From IMG/VR virus record IMGVR_UViG_3300048828_000145, positions 1 to 28,113 of that record: a DNA stretch of 28,113 nt; one strand, given 5' to 3'. Position numbers and translations under genes: made by a program. The notes beneath the pieces were generated by a model. The model ran no database searches, had not been told where the DNA came from, and saw nothing but the letters and a program-made list of their open reading frames with translations. This DNA is from a virus. Lineage: Duplodnaviria > Caudoviricetes. How positions within the stretch are numbered: position 1 is the first letter of the stretch; each line of letters opens with the position of its first letter. Positions 27,173 through 28,113 of this stretch are shown here, piece after piece.

Positions 27173-27407
27173 GCAGCAGATCATCACAGACGGCAAGCAG
27201 GCGGAGCGCCTGCTCGCTGACACAGATTTGCTTCGGTTCCTTGAGGAAGCCGAGGCGGATTGCTGGACGCAGTTTAAGGCAACTGGCCCCAGTGACACCG
27301 ACGGCCGAGAGGCTGTTTACATGAAGTTGCGCGGAATTGACATGGTTCGCCAGTCGCTGCGCAGCATGGTTGATAACGCTACTATTGAAATGAAGATGAA
27401 AAAGTAG
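27162..27407 (+). CDS. Small head-module protein
   Basis: GGAGG RBS, GTG start; between portal and scaffold. Confidence 0.7.
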   Translation: MKTKQQIITDGKQAERLLADTDLLRFLEEAEADCWTQFKATGPSDTDGREAVYMKLRGIDMVRQSLRSMVDNATIEMKMKK

Positions 27408-27427
27408 CATAATAGAGGAAGAAAGAG

Positions 27428-28113
27428 ATGTCAGACAACAGCACCCCGCAAGGGACTGACCTGTACAGCGCTCAGAATGCAATCAGAAGTATGCTCACGC
27501 CCCAAGAGGATAACGTGACGACGGACGATGCGCTTGAGGCAGAAGCCGCGCAAGTGGAAGAAGCCGAAATGCCGAATGGCCAAGAGGACGAGTATGAGGC
27601 GCAAGCTGATAACTCTGCCGTTGAGGGGTCTGAAAGCGATCTGGACGACGAAGGCGACGATGACGGTGACCAATATGGATCTCTTGATTTGTCCACGACC
27701 ATTGAGGTTGATGGCGAAGAGATAACCCTTGAGGAGCTGCGCAGCGGACACCTACGGCAGAAGGACTACACGCGAAAAACTCAAGAGCTCGCCGAAAACC
27801 GAAAGGCTATGGAAGCGCAGTATCAGGAGATTGAGCGTGAGCGTGCTGAATATGCGCAACTACTGCCGGCAATGGCAGAGCGCATCCAACAGGCAGCGGA
27901 ACAGGAGCCGGACTGGGACACTCTGTATGACACAGACCCCGTGATGGCAGCGAAGGCAGAACGCCAGTGGCGGAAGGAACAGGAGGCGCGCACCGCGCAA
28001 CTTCAGGCCGTCCAAGCTGAGCAGCAAAGAATGCAGCAGATTGCAGCGCAGAAGCAACAGCAGATGCAGCAATCGTATTTGGAGCAGCAGCGTCATATCT
28101 TGCCTGACATCAT
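27428..28113 (+). CDS. Capsid scaffolding protein (3'-truncated, not in ORF track)
   Basis: MSDNSTPQGTDL..., acidic N-terminus, VDGEEITLEELRSGHLRQKDYTRKTQELAE motif; open to window end. Confidence 0.85.
   Translation, partial: MSDNSTPQGTDLYSAQNAIRSMLTPQEDNVTTDDALEAEAAQVEEAEMPNGQEDEYEAQADNSAVEGSESDLDDEGDDDGDQYGSLDLSTTIEVDGEEITLEELRSGHLRQKDYTRKTQELAENRKAMEAQYQEIERERAEYAQLLPAMAERIQQAAEQEPDWDTLYDTDPVMAAKAERQWRKEQEARTAQLQAVQAEQQRMQQIAAQKQQQMQQSYLEQQRHILPDI

Noticed and set aside
27431-28096. Short ORF-track entries at the right end
   Set aside because: They overlap the open scaffold reading frame starting at 27428, which the track missed because it lacks a stop

Overview
About 28 kb of a tailed dsDNA phage with P22/podovirus-like architecture; an alphaproteobacterial, possibly marine, host is inferred. 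Left to right: end of a tail-fibre chaperone gene, gp10-like tail hub, GNAT-like protein, three probable ejection (internal virion) proteins, an early accessory operon, an inverted lysis cassette (holin, GH19 endolysin, tiny basic proteins, PD-(D/E)XK nuclease), a replication/recombination operon (RHH, RuvC, RecE/ExoVIII-like, SSB-like, primase-helicase, GTGTGG-repeat putative origin), terS, terL, an inverted accessory pair, a lysozyme-like gene, a zincin-like gene, portal and the start of the scaffold gene. No integrase, DNA polymerase, tRNA or CRISPR is recognisable. Most notable: (1) a 28-bp XerC/D dif-like site between terS and terL; (2) CtrA-box sequences overlapping both accessory-operon promoters; (3) an accessory protein containing a segment resembling a major capsid protein N-terminus; (4) matched 11-aa and 22-aa repeat arrays in an ejection protein; (5) a candidate two-hairpin sRNA with anti-Shine-Dalgarno loops. 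All family assignments come from motif recognition and synteny, not from database searches.
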